Counted from the first letter of the stretch, positions 30,011 to 41,799 are shown. The stretch is 64,000 nucleotides of DNA from Aulosira sp. ZfuVER01 (GCA_034530615.2 JAVRCV020000006.1:96001-160000); one strand, 5' to 3'. Translations and numbers: made by a program. Notes: generated by a model not told the origin, from the letters alone.

Positions 30011-30754
30011 TCAAGCTGTGAGTAAACTTTGTTTAGTGTGTGTTGCCTGAACAAAAGCCTGAAAAATCCTTTGATGATTGGGGTCGTTAGCTGATAGTTC
30101 CGGATGCCATTGCACGCCAATAGCCCAAGGATGATGTTCGTGTTCCACGGCTTCAATTACCTGGTCTTCTAAAGCATGAGCAACCACGCGCCATCCAGGA
30201 GGCACTTTGTGTACTGCTTGATGATGCCAAGAAACTACAGATATCAGAGAATTTTCTACACATTTAGCTAAACGACTTTCTACATTTATCTTGACCATGT
30301 GTTCGGCTGGTAAACGTCTCCCAGGTTCAGGATCTATACGATGTAATACTGATGTACCATACACTTCTGGGACATGGGGAATGAGAGTCCCGCCAGAAGC
30401 GACGATGAGAATTTGCAAACCCCGGCAAATACCTAACACAGGTAAATCATGCTCAAGGGCAAAGCTGGCTAGTTTTAGTTCAAAAGCATCGCGATCGCCA
30501 TCTACAGAATAAATGCTAGGGTGGTCACAACCGTTGTACCAAACAGGATTAATATCTCCACCACCAGAGATAATCAAGCCATCTAGCGGTTCTACAAGCC
30601 TCGCAGGCTCGCTTTCTCCCGGTGGTAATAATATGGGAGTACCACCTGCCGCACGAACAGAATCTATGTAAGCACTGGGCAGAGAAAATGGTAATGTATC
30701 TTTACGGCCATAAGTTGTAATCCCAATCAAGGCATTTCGTGATTTTTTACTCAT
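30011..30754 (-). CDS. Gamma-glutamyl-gamma-aminobutyrate hydrolase family (peptidase C26)
   Basis: ISGGGDINP, LGICRGLQ, SWHHQAV and VQWHPE motifs. Confidence 0.9.
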   Translation of the reverse strand: MSKKSRNALIGITTYGRKDTLPFSLPSAYIDSVRAAGGTPILLPPGESEPARLVEPLDGLIISGGGDINPVWYNGCDHPSIYSVDGDRDAFELKLASFALEHDLPVLGICRGLQILIVASGGTLIPHVPEVYGTSVLHRIDPEPGRRLPAEHMVKINVESRLAKCVENSLISVVSWHHQAVHKVPPGWRVVAHALEDQVIEAVEHEHHPWAIGVQWHPELSANDPNHQRIFQAFVQATHTKQSLLTA

Positions 30755-31121
30755 AGTTTTTCTTTGCTCCCAAGGTTTTTAAAGTTTGGATTTGTAATTG
30801 TGTGAGCTTAACCACATCTGTTATATCCATACCTTCATTGACTGTGGGAGATTTCCGTGGTTTTTTCAATTCTGCTGTTTCTCTATACCAATGCATAATT
30901 ATGTAGTCTTAAATGCTATATCTTTTTAAAGTGTGCCCATCTGCACTAAAAGGCGATAGCTCCAATGGTTAAATCTAGAGCATGGTATAATAAAACACAT
31001 TAATTCATTAACCATCAGTTATCTTACCCCTACCTATCAGCACAATTAATCAGGGGATCGCTTGCTGTATTGTTCACATTTTGTTACAAAAGTACAAAGA
31101 ACTTCTAGAGACCAAAACCTC

Positions 31122-31916
31122 ATGTTCGGCGGACTTACTGGTTTAACAGATTCTAAAGGCACAGACTGGGGAGAGCGAATGCTCAACACAGTCGCTAGCC
31201 AAACGATTCGCCACCTGTTTACCCAAAGCGAGTCAGTAGAAGTCTTTGTGCGCTGCTATCCCTCCAGCAAACTGTTGCAAGGCAGCATTGATAGTTTCAA
31301 AATGAGTGGACGTGGCTTAGTCATCCGTAGAGATTTTGCGGTAGAGGAGATGTCCTTTGAAACGGATGCAGTGGCTATTGATTTCAGCTCGGTTTTAGGT
31401 GGCAAATTAACTCTCAAACAACCCACCCAAGCGATCGCCCAAGTAATATTATCAGAAGCTGGTATTAATCAGGCTTTTAATGCTGAACTGGTAAGAAAGC
31501 GTTTAGTTAACCTTTCTCTACCTGCTTTAACTGCTTTATCCGGTGGTAAACCAGTCTCTTTCCCAGAAATTCAGGTACAACTATTACCAGAAAGTCGCCT
31601 ACGGATTTTGGCAAAGGCAGATTTAGATAATGGCGAACTTGTACCCCTGAGTATGGTTGTCAGCCTAGCTGTGGAACGGCGGCGACGGGTTTCTTTCCAA
31701 AACCCTCAAATTGAACTTGACTCTGTACCAGAAGCACAACGGGAAATCTCACGGACTTTGAGTTTAGCCTTGGTAGAAATTTTAGATAATATGGTCGATT
31801 TGGATCGCTTTGACCTAGATGGGGTAAAAATGCGACTCAACCGTTTAGAAACTGAAGGTCAAAAATTAATTTTCAGTGGATATGCTGAAATTGAGCGTAT
31901 ACCTAGTACTTCTTGA
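31122..31916 (+). CDS. DUF2993 (LmeA-like) protein
   Basis: KLLQGSIDSF...G.GLVI and LKQPTQAIAQVILSE.GIN.AF patterns; start set at MFGGL. Confidence 0.75.
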   Translation: MFGGLTGLTDSKGTDWGERMLNTVASQTIRHLFTQSESVEVFVRCYPSSKLLQGSIDSFKMSGRGLVIRRDFAVEEMSFETDAVAIDFSSVLGGKLTLKQPTQAIAQVILSEAGINQAFNAELVRKRLVNLSLPALTALSGGKPVSFPEIQVQLLPESRLRILAKADLDNGELVPLSMVVSLAVERRRRVSFQNPQIELDSVPEAQREISRTLSLALVEILDNMVDLDRFDLDGVKMRLNRLETEGQKLIFSGYAEIERIPSTS

Positions 31917-32066
31917 TATCGTAGATTAACGTGTATAAATAGAGCGACTTCTTGCTTTGTTAGGCGCAAAAAACCCAAAGTTGTTCTTAGCGCCTAACCT
32001 CATATCGTTATTCATGCATATTATTATTTATCTATTACAGCAGATGATAATAAAATACTTATCACT

Positions 32067-32321
32067 ATGTCTAACTCTGCTAATGTCGCGCAAGTTTTTA
32101 GCACATTAGCCAACCTAACAAAGGAACTTCAGCCATTTATAAGAACAGATGACTTAAGAATCGAGTTTGATATTAAAGGTAACGTTTATCTGATTGGGGA
32201 TGACTTTCAGGAACAAATTCATGCCAATTTTTCTTTGTGGCGTGAAGTTAGGAACGAAACAAGAATCTTGATTGCAAAAAACCGTTCGCAGTATAAACCG
32301 CCTGAAAATATTAGCCTTTAA
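32067..32321 (+). CDS. Hypothetical protein
   Basis: 84-aa ATG-initiated ORF filling an intergenic gap. Confidence 0.55.
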   Translation: MSNSANVAQVFSTLANLTKELQPFIRTDDLRIEFDIKGNVYLIGDDFQEQIHANFSLWREVRNETRILIAKNRSQYKPPENISL

Positions 32322-32434
32322 CAGGAAAGACAAGTAGTTGCACCGTTATATTTACTTTAAAAAAATTAAAAGCTACCTAGAAAACTCTAGGCAGCTTTAT
32401 AATCACAAAGATTGTGAAATTCAAAAATATTTTT

Positions 32435-33826
32435 CTATCGACCAATACCTACATATTGGAACCCAGCCCGAACTAAGGTTTCAGGGTCGAGGAAGTTACG
32501 ACCATCAATAATCACAGGGTGATTCATCAATGTTGCCATCTTCACGTAGTCTAGATGGCTAAACTGCTGCCATTCAGTGACCAGTACCAAAGCATCGCAG
32601 CCGTCGGCTAGTCTTTCAGCATCGGTTTCCACCAGCACACCGGAAAGACCATGACGTAGACCAGTTTGAGAAACAATTGGGTCGTAAGCTTTAACTTTGG
32701 CTCCGAGTCGGTTCAGCTGTTCAATCAGGTTGAGTGCTGGAGCATCGCGTAAATCATCGGTATCTGGCTTAAAGGTCAGCCCAAGTAGACCTACAGTTTT
32801 ACCTTTGAGAATTTTGAGTACTTGCTGAAGTTTTTCGAGAGCAATTAGCCGTTGGCGTTCGTTAACGCTGACAGCAGATTTCATTAGCTGGGCTTCATAG
32901 CCATAGTCATCAGCAGTATGAATTAAGGCTGCAACATCTTTGGGGAAGCAAGAACCACCCCAACCAATACCAGCTTGTAAGAATTTGTTACCGATGCGAG
33001 AGTCTAAACCAATGCCTTTCGCTACTTGGGTGACATCAGCACCGACGCGATCGCAAATGTTAGCAACTTCGTTAATAAAACTAATTTTGGTTGCTAAAAA
33101 GGCATTAGCAGCATATTTAATCATTTCGGCTGAACTGAGGTCTGTTACCAGCACTGGCACAGGCGCTAAAGATTTATCTTCAGCGTACTGACGTTCCACA
33201 ATCGGAGTATACAGTTCTTTCATTAAAGCGATCGCTTTTTGGCTATTGCCTCCCAACACAATGCGATCGGGGTTAAAAGTGTCGTAGACTGCCGATCCTT
33301 CGCGCAAAAACTCTGGATTGCTAACTACATCAAAATGAGATGCAATCTCCGGCAATTTATCCTCAGTTGCAACACCACCTGCGGGTACTAGTGTTTTTTG
33401 GCGTTCAGCGATGCCATCCAAAACAATCATTCTTACCCAATCACCAGAGCCAATAGGCACGGTAGATTTATTGACGATTACTTTATAACCACCATTGAGA
33501 TGGTTGCCGATGCCACGGGCCACAGCCTCAACATAACGTGTATCACTTTCACCAGTTGGTAAAGGTGGTGTTCCCACAGCAATGAAAAGAATTTCACCGT
33601 GGGCAACTCCAGCAGCCAGATCTGTAGTGAATTCGATTTTTCCTGCATGAATCGCAGTTTGCATAATTTCCGAGAGTCCCGGCTCGAAAATTGGCGACTG
33701 CCCAGACTTCATTAACTTGACTTTCTCTTCGTTATTATCAACACAAATAACATCGTGCCCGATATGAGCCAAGCAAGCGCCTGTAACTAAACCAACGTAA
33801 CCAGTACCAATTACGCAAACACGCAT
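32435..33826 (-). CDS. ugd: UDP-glucose 6-dehydrogenase
   Basis: GTGYVG, KSTVPIG, SNPEFLREG, GWGGSCFPKD and FKPDTDDLR motifs. Confidence 0.97.
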   Translation of the reverse strand: MRVCVIGTGYVGLVTGACLAHIGHDVICVDNNEEKVKLMKSGQSPIFEPGLSEIMQTAIHAGKIEFTTDLAAGVAHGEILFIAVGTPPLPTGESDTRYVEAVARGIGNHLNGGYKVIVNKSTVPIGSGDWVRMIVLDGIAERQKTLVPAGGVATEDKLPEIASHFDVVSNPEFLREGSAVYDTFNPDRIVLGGNSQKAIALMKELYTPIVERQYAEDKSLAPVPVLVTDLSSAEMIKYAANAFLATKISFINEVANICDRVGADVTQVAKGIGLDSRIGNKFLQAGIGWGGSCFPKDVAALIHTADDYGYEAQLMKSAVSVNERQRLIALEKLQQVLKILKGKTVGLLGLTFKPDTDDLRDAPALNLIEQLNRLGAKVKAYDPIVSQTGLRHGLSGVLVETDAERLADGCDALVLVTEWQQFSHLDYVKMATLMNHPVIIDGRNFLDPETLVRAGFQYVGIGR

Positions 33827-33958
33827 TCTCTTTAACTCCTCATTATTTTATTTCTTTTTGAGTTTGGAAGTTTTCAGCATAAACTTGCGTACAGGTAAAA
33901 AAACAACCTAGTATAGATCGCAGCCTGCACGAAAGTTCAGGGCGATGCTCGGCACCGA

Positions 33959-34909
33959 TCAGTGAACTAACTGCTTTGTATCAGTTTTGATCCGATTGCG
34001 AAAATCTTCTATTGTCAGTTTTAACCCTTGTTGTAGCGGAACGGTAGGTTCCCAATTTAACAAGGTTCTGGCCTTGGTAATATCTGGACGGCGGCGACGT
34101 GGATCGTCAGAAGGTAGTGGCTCAAATTTAATCTTGGCGTCTGGGTTGATTTGGTTTTGCACTGCCTGTGCCAATTCTAAAATGGTGTATTCATCAGGAT
34201 TTCCCAGATTCACTGGTCCAACATAATCGCTATTCATTAGCCGGATAAAGCCTTCCACCAAGTCAGAGACGTAGCAGAAACTACGGGTTTGCGAACCATC
34301 ACCATAGACTGTTAAAGGTTTACCTCGCAGGGCTTGAACTATTAAGTTGCTTACTACCCGACCATCGTTTTCTAACATCCGAGGTCCATAGGTATTGAAA
34401 ATACGTACAACTCTAATATCAACGTTATTTTGTCTGTGGTAGTCAAAAGCTAAAGTCTCTGCAATGCGTTTGCCTTCGTCGTAGCATGAACGCACTCCAA
34501 TTGGATTAACATTACCTCTATACTCTTCGGTTTGAGGATGAACTTCTGGATCGCCATACACTTCACTAGTAGAAGCCAAGAAAAATCTGGCTTTTACACG
34601 TTTAGCCAATCCCAACATATTTAGTGTCCCCATCACATTAGTTTTCACAGTTTTGACGGGATTGTACTGGTAATGCACTGGAGAAGCAGGACAAGCCAAA
34701 TGATAAATTTGATCTACTTCTAACCTAATGGGTTCGGTGATATCGTGGCGGATGAGTTCAAAGTATGGATGATTTATCCATTTAAGTATATTTTGCTTGT
34801 TACCTGTGTAGAAGTTATCTAAGCAAATGATTTCATGCCCATCACCGATTAAGCGTTCGATGAGATGGGAACCAATAAACCCGGCACCACCCGTCACTAG
34901 AATTCTCAT
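33959..34909 (-). CDS. UDP-glucuronic acid decarboxylase family protein
   Basis: [30 protein letters not shown] and CYDEGKR motifs. Confidence 0.95.
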   Translation of the reverse strand: MRILVTGGAGFIGSHLIERLIGDGHEIICLDNFYTGNKQNILKWINHPYFELIRHDITEPIRLEVDQIYHLACPASPVHYQYNPVKTVKTNVMGTLNMLGLAKRVKARFFLASTSEVYGDPEVHPQTEEYRGNVNPIGVRSCYDEGKRIAETLAFDYHRQNNVDIRVVRIFNTYGPRMLENDGRVVSNLIVQALRGKPLTVYGDGSQTRSFCYVSDLVEGFIRLMNSDYVGPVNLGNPDEYTILELAQAVQNQINPDAKIKFEPLPSDDPRRRRPDITKARTLLNWEPTVPLQQGLKLTIEDFRNRIKTDTKQLVH

Positions 34910-35279
34910 AGTTATCCAGTTAATTACAAATATTTTCAGTAGTTCTTCTGTGTATTTTTTAACTACCCAATTGAGGTAAAAAATACTCCAGAAGAATATG
35001 GTTAGCTAAACAGATGTTGTTAGATTTACCAAATTTCCGAACGGTATAATTTTGTTACACCATGTTTCAATTTTTGAACAATTCCATTAGCAAAATAACA
35101 AACATCGTCTGAAGATTGTAGCTTCAGATTACAGAATTCATCAAATCTTCAACAATATTAAGTATTTTTAGAATTAAATCTGTCAAATTTTATGGCCCAG
35201 AAAAAAGCTGATTTGGCAATATCTCTTAAGATAGGTAAGGGTATGGGTAAATCAATCAACTCTAATTTTTTAAGTAACT

Positions 35280-37415
35280 TTACGTAGTAGAGGTAGTACT
35301 CGGAACTCCTATGGGTAGAATTACTGTTTGCGTGCGCTGCGGTTCCCCAAGCATAACGATAGAGCAATTAAGTTGACTAGCTAACTGAGTTGTCACATCA
35401 CTAATAGCTAAACCACCAGGACTGGTACGATTGCGTATAAAAGGTAACACAACTAAATCATATAATCTTGCTGCCTGTAAAATGGCTTGAGCCACATTCT
35501 CATGGGCGATAATTTGAATTTCTGGGGGATTGGGCAAAGCCAATTTAGACACTAGTAAAGCAAGATGCGATCGCCTAGCAGCAATTTTGCTAGAACTGGT
35601 ACGTCGCTCGCACACATTCAGTACAGTCACTTGGGCTTGATTGGAGTCTGCCAACATTTGGGCAAAATGCACAGGCTGTAAGGTTGGTGCCATTAAGTTT
35701 TCTATTGGAACTAAGATCCGTTGAATTTTTTTCGGAGAGTCTACTAAACGAGTCACTGCTACAGGACAGTGGGATGCCCAAAGAACATTATCGATGACGT
35801 TACCAAATAAACGCGCTCTTAACCCAGTGCGTTTACCCCAACCCATAACAATCAAACTAGCCTTTTGTTCGCGAGCTGCTCTGCTAATTCCTTGAGCAAA
35901 GGCATCATCAATGCGTAGCAGAGGTTCTGCTGTGACACCTAAGACCCGGCTTTGTGCTGTAGCTTTTGCTAGTAGACGTTCACTCCGCTGCAAAGAAGTT
36001 TCTAACTGTGGTGCATCCATGTGAGCAGCAGCAGTAGCGATCGCCAAAGGTACAATTCTGCCCTTGGCTTGGCGTGCTAACAATGTCGCCAACTCAATTA
36101 GATACTGCTGAGTTTGGGGATTGTAGATGGGTACAACAATGGTAAAAGCAGTGTCGGTCTCTTCTATTTTCTGCTCAGGTTGGGTTTTTGGTGCTGGGTC
36201 TGTAGCACTTGATGAAGCTAACCCGACCGCTACCCGACTGGTAACTAATGGCCCTAGGGTTGATGTCACAAGCATCACAGCAACAACGCTATTTAAGACT
36301 TCCGATGACAATAATCCAATGCGATACCCTACTAACGTTGCTGCTAGTGTTGTCCCTACTTGAGGAAGCGATAGCGACCACATTGTTAGCATTTCCTGCC
36401 AGTTGTAGCGGTATAACAGTTTTGCTAACAATGCTGCAATCAATTTGCTGGCAATCAAACCAAATACAAACAGCAGGGTCAATTGGAGATTGGTAATGCT
36501 TTTGGTAAAGGTAGGTAAATCGATCAGCAAACCAAGATTAATAAAGAAAATGGGAATGAATAGCACACTACCAACAAACACCACCTTTTCTTTAACCGGC
36601 CCTTCGCCCAAAACTTCATTGACTGCCAAACCTGCTAAAAAGGCTCCAATAATTTTTTCTACCCCAATCAATTGAGCACCTACAGCAGCGAGAAACACTG
36701 TCAGCAGCACAAATAAAAACTGGTTGCCCTCTTCACCTCCCGATCGCCGGAAAAATTCTTTACCTACCCAATCAAAGCCGACTAAGACAACAACAGAGTA
36801 AATAGTTAACCAACCCAACAAAGTAAGTAGCTTTGCTAAGGTGAATCCTCCGGCATTAGTGGAAGCCGCACACAGGGCTAAGATCAAGAGAGCGCCAATA
36901 TCAGTAAAAGCCTTGGCTCCAATGGTGATGGTAACAGCTTCATTTTTCAGAACTCCCAGGCGATTAATAATTGGATATGCTAAGAGAGTATGGGAAGCGA
37001 ACAATGAGCCAATAAATATTGATGTTACCCAGTCAAAGCCGAATATCCGCCCTAACAAGCTTCCTATGACTAGGGGAATACTAAAGCTCAAGCTGCCAAA
37101 CCCTAAAGAGCGATTTTTCTGACGATAGAACTGCTCTAAGTCAACTTCTAATCCTGCTACAAACATTAAGTAGACTAGCCCAATATCTGCTAGCAGGTTC
37201 ATAATCTCTGATTCTGTTTGGAATAAATTCCAGCCTGACGGACCAAGTACTACCCCAGAGAAGACCAAACCTACTAATCCTGGCAGTCTGAGCCGCTCAA
37301 ACAGAATCGGCACCACGAGGATAACTACCAGCAAAATAGCAAAGGGAACAATTGGTTCTTTGCCTAAGATTTGGGAGGTTTGTTCCAGTGCAAGAACTTG
37401 TAAGATGAGTTCCAT
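35280..37415 (-). CDS. Cation:proton antiporter (CPA2) with C-terminal USP-like domains
   Basis: About 12 TM segments with GLVYLMFVAGLE and IIGAFLAGL; C-terminal LIVMGW..LFGNVID..CPVAV. Confidence 0.9.
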   Translation of the reverse strand: MELILQVLALEQTSQILGKEPIVPFAILLVVILVVPILFERLRLPGLVGLVFSGVVLGPSGWNLFQTESEIMNLLADIGLVYLMFVAGLEVDLEQFYRQKNRSLGFGSLSFSIPLVIGSLLGRIFGFDWVTSIFIGSLFASHTLLAYPIINRLGVLKNEAVTITIGAKAFTDIGALLILALCAASTNAGGFTLAKLLTLLGWLTIYSVVVLVGFDWVGKEFFRRSGGEEGNQFLFVLLTVFLAAVGAQLIGVEKIIGAFLAGLAVNEVLGEGPVKEKVVFVGSVLFIPIFFINLGLLIDLPTFTKSITNLQLTLLFVFGLIASKLIAALLAKLLYRYNWQEMLTMWSLSLPQVGTTLAATLVGYRIGLLSSEVLNSVVAVMLVTSTLGPLVTSRVAVGLASSSATDPAPKTQPEQKIEETDTAFTIVVPIYNPQTQQYLIELATLLARQAKGRIVPLAIATAAAHMDAPQLETSLQRSERLLAKATAQSRVLGVTAEPLLRIDDAFAQGISRAAREQKASLIVMGWGKRTGLRARLFGNVIDNVLWASHCPVAVTRLVDSPKKIQRILVPIENLMAPTLQPVHFAQMLADSNQAQVTVLNVCERRTSSSKIAARRSHLALLVSKLALPNPPEIQIIAHENVAQAILQAARLYDLVVLPFIRNRTSPGGLAISDVTTQLASQLNCSIVMLGEPQRTQTVILPIGVPSTTSTT

Positions 37416-37556
37416 AGGTAGAACTTGAAAGGGCAATAATAAAGCTGCGATTACTGTGAAAGCAATCGCCCGATCAATATAACTGCAAAAACCACCTTGA
37501 GTAAAACTTAAAAAAAACTTAACTTACCACTACTTAGACAATCGTCTAAAAACTAC

Positions 37557-38213
37557 CTATGGGTGAACCTGACTCAAAATAAACCGCAAGCGATCGTAGT
37601 CATCTTTCAGCAGCAAGCTGAGGGTACGTCCGGCTTTGATGAGCCATTTGCGATCGGCTTTTCGTAACTGATAAACCTCTCGAATAGCCGCCGCAGTCAA
37701 AGACTCTATCGGCGCGCCTTTGATAGAAAGTAGCGTCTGCAAAAAATCCAGATCTTCAGTAAATTTAACAATTGTTTCTGGTTCACAGCGATAAACGGCT
37801 TGATGAATTTGCGGGGGACGGGGTGGTAAATATTGATATACCCGTTGGCTAAAACTTTGGGTATGAGAAGGCTGTTCAAACCCCACGATCGCAGCGCGAA
37901 ACTCGGTTTTGAGCATGGCAAATATTTGGGGTTGTTCCTCTCGCAAGTCTTGCAAAGACAACCCTAAGGCCACCGCACGGTGTACAGAATCTATCGGCAT
38001 TGTTGTGGCGTAATACACCACTGCATAAATTTGGTTGCCCGATTCTTCATCGATAGAACAAACCCAGCTACCAAAGGGAGGCATAGGGGGAAAACTTAAG
38101 TCTTCCGGTTCTAAACACTGTGCCAGGAATTCCGTAGTAGTGGTTTCGATCACCTCAGCAATATGGTTAGGATGGCGATCGCTAGTGGCAAACTGTGGTA
38201 GAGGAAGGCGCAT
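37557..38213 (-). CDS. HAS-barrel domain protein
   Basis: HIAEVIETTTTEFLAQC, PPFGSWV and QYLPPRPPQIH motifs of this cyanobacterial family. Confidence 0.7.
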   Translation of the reverse strand: MRLPLPQFATSDRHPNHIAEVIETTTTEFLAQCLEPEDLSFPPMPPFGSWVCSIDEESGNQIYAVVYYATTMPIDSVHRAVALGLSLQDLREEQPQIFAMLKTEFRAAIVGFEQPSHTQSFSQRVYQYLPPRPPQIHQAVYRCEPETIVKFTEDLDFLQTLLSIKGAPIESLTAAAIREVYQLRKADRKWLIKAGRTLSLLLKDDYDRLRFILSQVHP

Positions 38214-38282
38214 AGTAGTCTTGTGTGATTGGTCATTAGTCATTAGTCATTTGACAAAGGACAAATGACTAATGACTAGTAA

Positions 38283-38477
38283 TTATTTGCCTTTTTTCTT
38301 GCCTGTGGTCTCTACAGTTTCCAATTCGCTCAAGCGAAAGGTAACTAATTTATCCCAGTTACCACCCTCAAACAATACCGCTACCTTGCCATCACTTACC
38401 CGTTGTACGAGTCCTTCATAGCGATAATAGGTATCTGCGGGATTTTTAACCCGAACAGTTGCTCCAGGCAGGATCAT
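38283..38477 (-). CDS. ndhS: NAD(P)H dehydrogenase subunit S
   Basis: MILPG..V.V....TYY...[26 protein letters not shown]. Confidence 0.95.
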   Translation of the reverse strand: MILPGATVRVKNPADTYYRYEGLVQRVSDGKVAVLFEGGNWDKLVTFRLSELETVETTGKKKGK

Positions 38478-38571
38478 GATTTTATCCTCGCTTATTTCCT
38501 GTTATATAGCTTAATACTTCTCAGGAGTCCAAAGTCAAAAGTCTACAGTTTAGAGACTCTTGACTCTTGAC

Positions 38572-39888
38572 TCATGAATAATACTTCTGGCGTTGGCGAA
38601 AGTTTGCTACAGATTCTACTATTCCTAAAGCAATAAAGTTGGTCAGCATAGCAGAACGTCCGTAACTCATCCAGGGTAGGGGAATTCCAGCTACAGGTGC
38701 TAAACCCACTGTCATGCCAATATTAACAATTAGCTGAAAGACAATCATCGACAAAACACCAATAGCCAACAACGAGCCAAAATTATCTTTAGCAGTCTGA
38801 GCTACGTGCAGTAGGCGGAAGCAAATTAAACAAAAGACAAAAAGTACAATCAAACAACCCACAAAACCAAATTCTTCCCCCACGGCGGAGAAAATAAAGT
38901 CTGTATGCTGTTCAGGTACAAAATTTAGTTGGGTCATTGGGCCTTTGAATAGACCCCATCCCCAAATTTCGCCTGCACCAATGGCAATTCGAGATTGGAT
39001 CAAGTGATACCCAGCACCCAGGGGGTCGTGTTCGGGGTTAATGAATACACTAAGCCGGTCTTTTTGATAACCTTTGAGTACATGATTCCAGGCAAAAACA
39101 CCTAATTCACCACCTAGCATGTTGAGACTCCATGCACCTATGGCTCCCAGACCAAATTTTCGCCACGGAAGAGTCTGCCAACCAACAATAGCCATTGCTC
39201 CTGCCCAAAATAATCCTAATGGGCCAAAGGATAATTCTTTAAACAAAACTATCGGTTCTGATAACGGCCAAGAGATGCTAAATAAAATAGCGGCAACTAT
39301 AGGAGAAATCATGAGTATCAACCAGCCTGGGTTAGCATTTGCCCAGTAAAGCATCCCTAAGACGATCGCACCAAAGACCAATGATGTTGCCAAGTCCGGT
39401 TGCAAAAATACTAATCCCCAAGGAATAGCAGTGATTGCCAAGGCTCTAAAAACACTCTCAATGGTGGAAGCTGTGCGTTTGTGTAGCAAAGCCGCAAGGG
39501 TAATAATGATACCTACTTTGGCAAACTCGGAGGGTTGAACATTAAAACCTGCAATACTAATCCACCGCTGTGCCCCTTTAGCGCTAGTACCAGCGATCAT
39601 TACGGCAATGAGGCTAAAGTTTGTCAATCCATATGTTACCCAGTGCCACTGAAGCAGATTTTCATAACGGATACGAGCTAGAAATAAGGCTATAAACATA
39701 CCAATACTAGCTACCAGCCAGTGCCACCACCAGTCAGTTACTGGCTGCTTTAATTCCGTGCTGAGGATCATGATGCCGCCAAAGATACTGACAGCAATAG
39801 GCAAACAAAATAGTAACCAATCTACTTGCTGCCAAGGTTTGACCCAATTCTTCCAGCGAATTTTGGGGAGCGAACTTTTTAACAACAT
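38572..39888 (-). CDS. rodA: Rod shape-determining protein RodA (SEDS)
   Basis: GAQRWI, VQPSEFAK, LQPDL, PEQHTDFIFS and GIPLPWMSYG motifs. Confidence 0.95.
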   Translation of the reverse strand: MLLKSSLPKIRWKNWVKPWQQVDWLLFCLPIAVSIFGGIMILSTELKQPVTDWWWHWLVASIGMFIALFLARIRYENLLQWHWVTYGLTNFSLIAVMIAGTSAKGAQRWISIAGFNVQPSEFAKVGIIITLAALLHKRTASTIESVFRALAITAIPWGLVFLQPDLATSLVFGAIVLGMLYWANANPGWLILMISPIVAAILFSISWPLSEPIVLFKELSFGPLGLFWAGAMAIVGWQTLPWRKFGLGAIGAWSLNMLGGELGVFAWNHVLKGYQKDRLSVFINPEHDPLGAGYHLIQSRIAIGAGEIWGWGLFKGPMTQLNFVPEQHTDFIFSAVGEEFGFVGCLIVLFVFCLICFRLLHVAQTAKDNFGSLLAIGVLSMIVFQLIVNIGMTVGLAPVAGIPLPWMSYGRSAMLTNFIALGIVESVANFRQRQKYYS

Positions 39889-39989
39889 TGTGTGAGTTTA
39901 GACTTTAACTTGTAAATTTTAAATTTAGTGACTACTAAAAATCTGTATTCCTAGGCTGTGACCCAGGAACCATATAGAATTGGAATTTC

Positions 39990-41060
39990 TTATGTCAAGG
40001 CTGCAACTGATACTTTACCAGCAATGGCCAAGGCGATCGCAGTTAATGCTTTAGCGGACGCTGAATCTGGCTCGGCAACAACTATTGGTACACCGCTATC
40101 ACCACCAACTCTTGTCGAAATTTCTAAGGGTACGCGCCCCAACAATGGGACTCCCAGTTCCGCCGCAGTTTTCTCACCACCACCGGAACCAAAGATATCG
40201 TACTGCGTATCTGGCATATCTGGGGGAATAAAATAGCTCATATTTTCTACTATTCCCAATACTGGTACGCTCATCTGCTGGAACATCCGCAGTCCTTTGC
40301 GTGAATCTAACAGTGCTACGTTTTGAGGTGTAGTCACAATTACTGCGCCTGCCATCGGTACTGCTTGAGTTAAAGTTAATTGGGCATCCCCCGTTCCTGG
40401 TGGCATATCTACAATTAGATAGTCCAGTTCTCCCCATTCCACTTGATAGAGAAATTGCCGAATTACGCCATTTAACATTGGTCCTCGCCAAATCACTGGC
40501 TGATCTCGGTCAATTAAAAAGCCCATTGAGACTAATTTCACGCCGTGATTAAAAGCAGGTTCGAGTATGTCACCTTTGTCACTAGGGCGGACTGTAATTT
40601 GAGCATCAGTCAGTCCGAGCATGGTGGGATCGTTGGGTCCGTAAATATCGGCATCAAGTAAACCAACTTTTGCACCTGTCTGCGCTAGAGCAACTGCTAC
40701 ATTGACTGCTACTGTACTTTTACCAACACCACCTTTACCACTGGAAACAGCAACGATATTTTTCACACCAGTGACGCCCGTGCGATCGGGTAAGCTTTTT
40801 TGTTGAGGTGTTTCTGCTGTCACTTCTACGCTGACATCTGTCACGCCTGGCAGCTTTTTCACTGCTTTTTGACAGTCTTCAACGATAAACTCCCGTAAAG
40901 GACAGGCGGGTGTAGTCAACACTAAAGTGAAACTCACCTTGCCACCATCAATTTTGACGTTGCGAATCATATTCAGTTCTACCAGACTTTTCTGGAGTTC
41001 TGGGTCTTGTACTGGTCGCAACACTTCTAGAACCGAGCGAGAATCGAGAACATCGTACAT
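39990..41060 (-). CDS. mrp: Mrp/NBP35 (ApbC) Fe-S cluster carrier ATPase
   Basis: N-terminal DPEL..TTPACP domain; SGKGGVGKST, WRGPM and DMPPGTGD motifs. Confidence 0.93.
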   Translation of the reverse strand: MYDVLDSRSVLEVLRPVQDPELQKSLVELNMIRNVKIDGGKVSFTLVLTTPACPLREFIVEDCQKAVKKLPGVTDVSVEVTAETPQQKSLPDRTGVTGVKNIVAVSSGKGGVGKSTVAVNVAVALAQTGAKVGLLDADIYGPNDPTMLGLTDAQITVRPSDKGDILEPAFNHGVKLVSMGFLIDRDQPVIWRGPMLNGVIRQFLYQVEWGELDYLIVDMPPGTGDAQLTLTQAVPMAGAVIVTTPQNVALLDSRKGLRMFQQMSVPVLGIVENMSYFIPPDMPDTQYDIFGSGGGEKTAAELGVPLLGRVPLEISTRVGGDSGVPIVVAEPDSASAKALTAIALAIAGKVSVAALT

Positions 41061-41274
41061 AAAAATTAAATTTCAAATTTCAAAAAGAAGAAATGCATTT
41101 GTGGCAAGTAACTTAACTACTAACTGGATACTTTACTTGTGCTGCGATCGCTGTAATAAAACTTAAAAAAAATACATAATTAATCGATGGTAAATATTCG
41201 GTTTTTTGATGGATTTGTCATTTCTCTTTTATCCTTTGTTATTTCCTTCTCCCCAATGCCAAATTTCCTATTCC

Positions 41275-41799
41275 CTAAAAATCAAAACAACTGTCATTGA
41301 GATTTTTTTTCTGGCTGGGAACTGCTTGCAATGCAGCTTTTTCTACGGCTTCTACTAGGGAACGAGCCACGCGATCGACATAAGGACGGGACAAAGACCA
41401 GATTAAAGGCGACAACCAACCCCGTAGGGTCACAGAATAAGATAAACAAGTACCACACACTGTGGACTCTACTCGGTAAGTTATTCGTTCCTCAATCCCA
41501 GGAATCGCCAACACTCGGATACTCAGCATTTCTTGAGGATTAACACGCTCCACAAAAATCCGAATCGGAATTGGCGAAAAGCGCGTCACTGCTTGGAAAA
41601 TTAATCCGGGTTTAGGTACTAATCCGTAAGGTACATTAGTACTCTTGAGTAGTGGATGCCAAGAAACGTCTGTGAAGTTTACCACCTGTTGCCAGAGTTC
41701 ATCTACAGAAGCAGAACTAATTTCTCGATATGTTCGCACCAGAGAAGCGCAAAATCTACGACGTTTACGGTGAATAAATTTTGATAAACAACCTCGCAT
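41275..41799 (-). CDS. SRPBCC family protein
   Basis: 174-aa ORF with SD AGGAGG and an S.ASVDELWQ.V helix-grip-like start. Confidence 0.65.
   Translation of the reverse strand: MRGCLSKFIHRKRRRFCASLVRTYREISSASVDELWQQVVNFTDVSWHPLLKSTNVPYGLVPKPGLIFQAVTRFSPIPIRIFVERVNPQEMLSIRVLAIPGIEERITYRVESTVCGTCLSYSVTLRGWLSPLIWSLSRPYVDRVARSLVEAVEKAALQAVPSQKKNLNDSCFDF

Noticed and set aside
30952..30985. TAGCTCCAATGG..AGAGC resembling a tRNA D-arm
   Set aside because: No anticodon arm or T-arm follows.
37557..38213. HAS-barrel gene as part of a HerA/NurA or defence locus
   Set aside because: No HerA or NurA partner in the window; it lies among housekeeping genes (mrp-rodA-ndhS).
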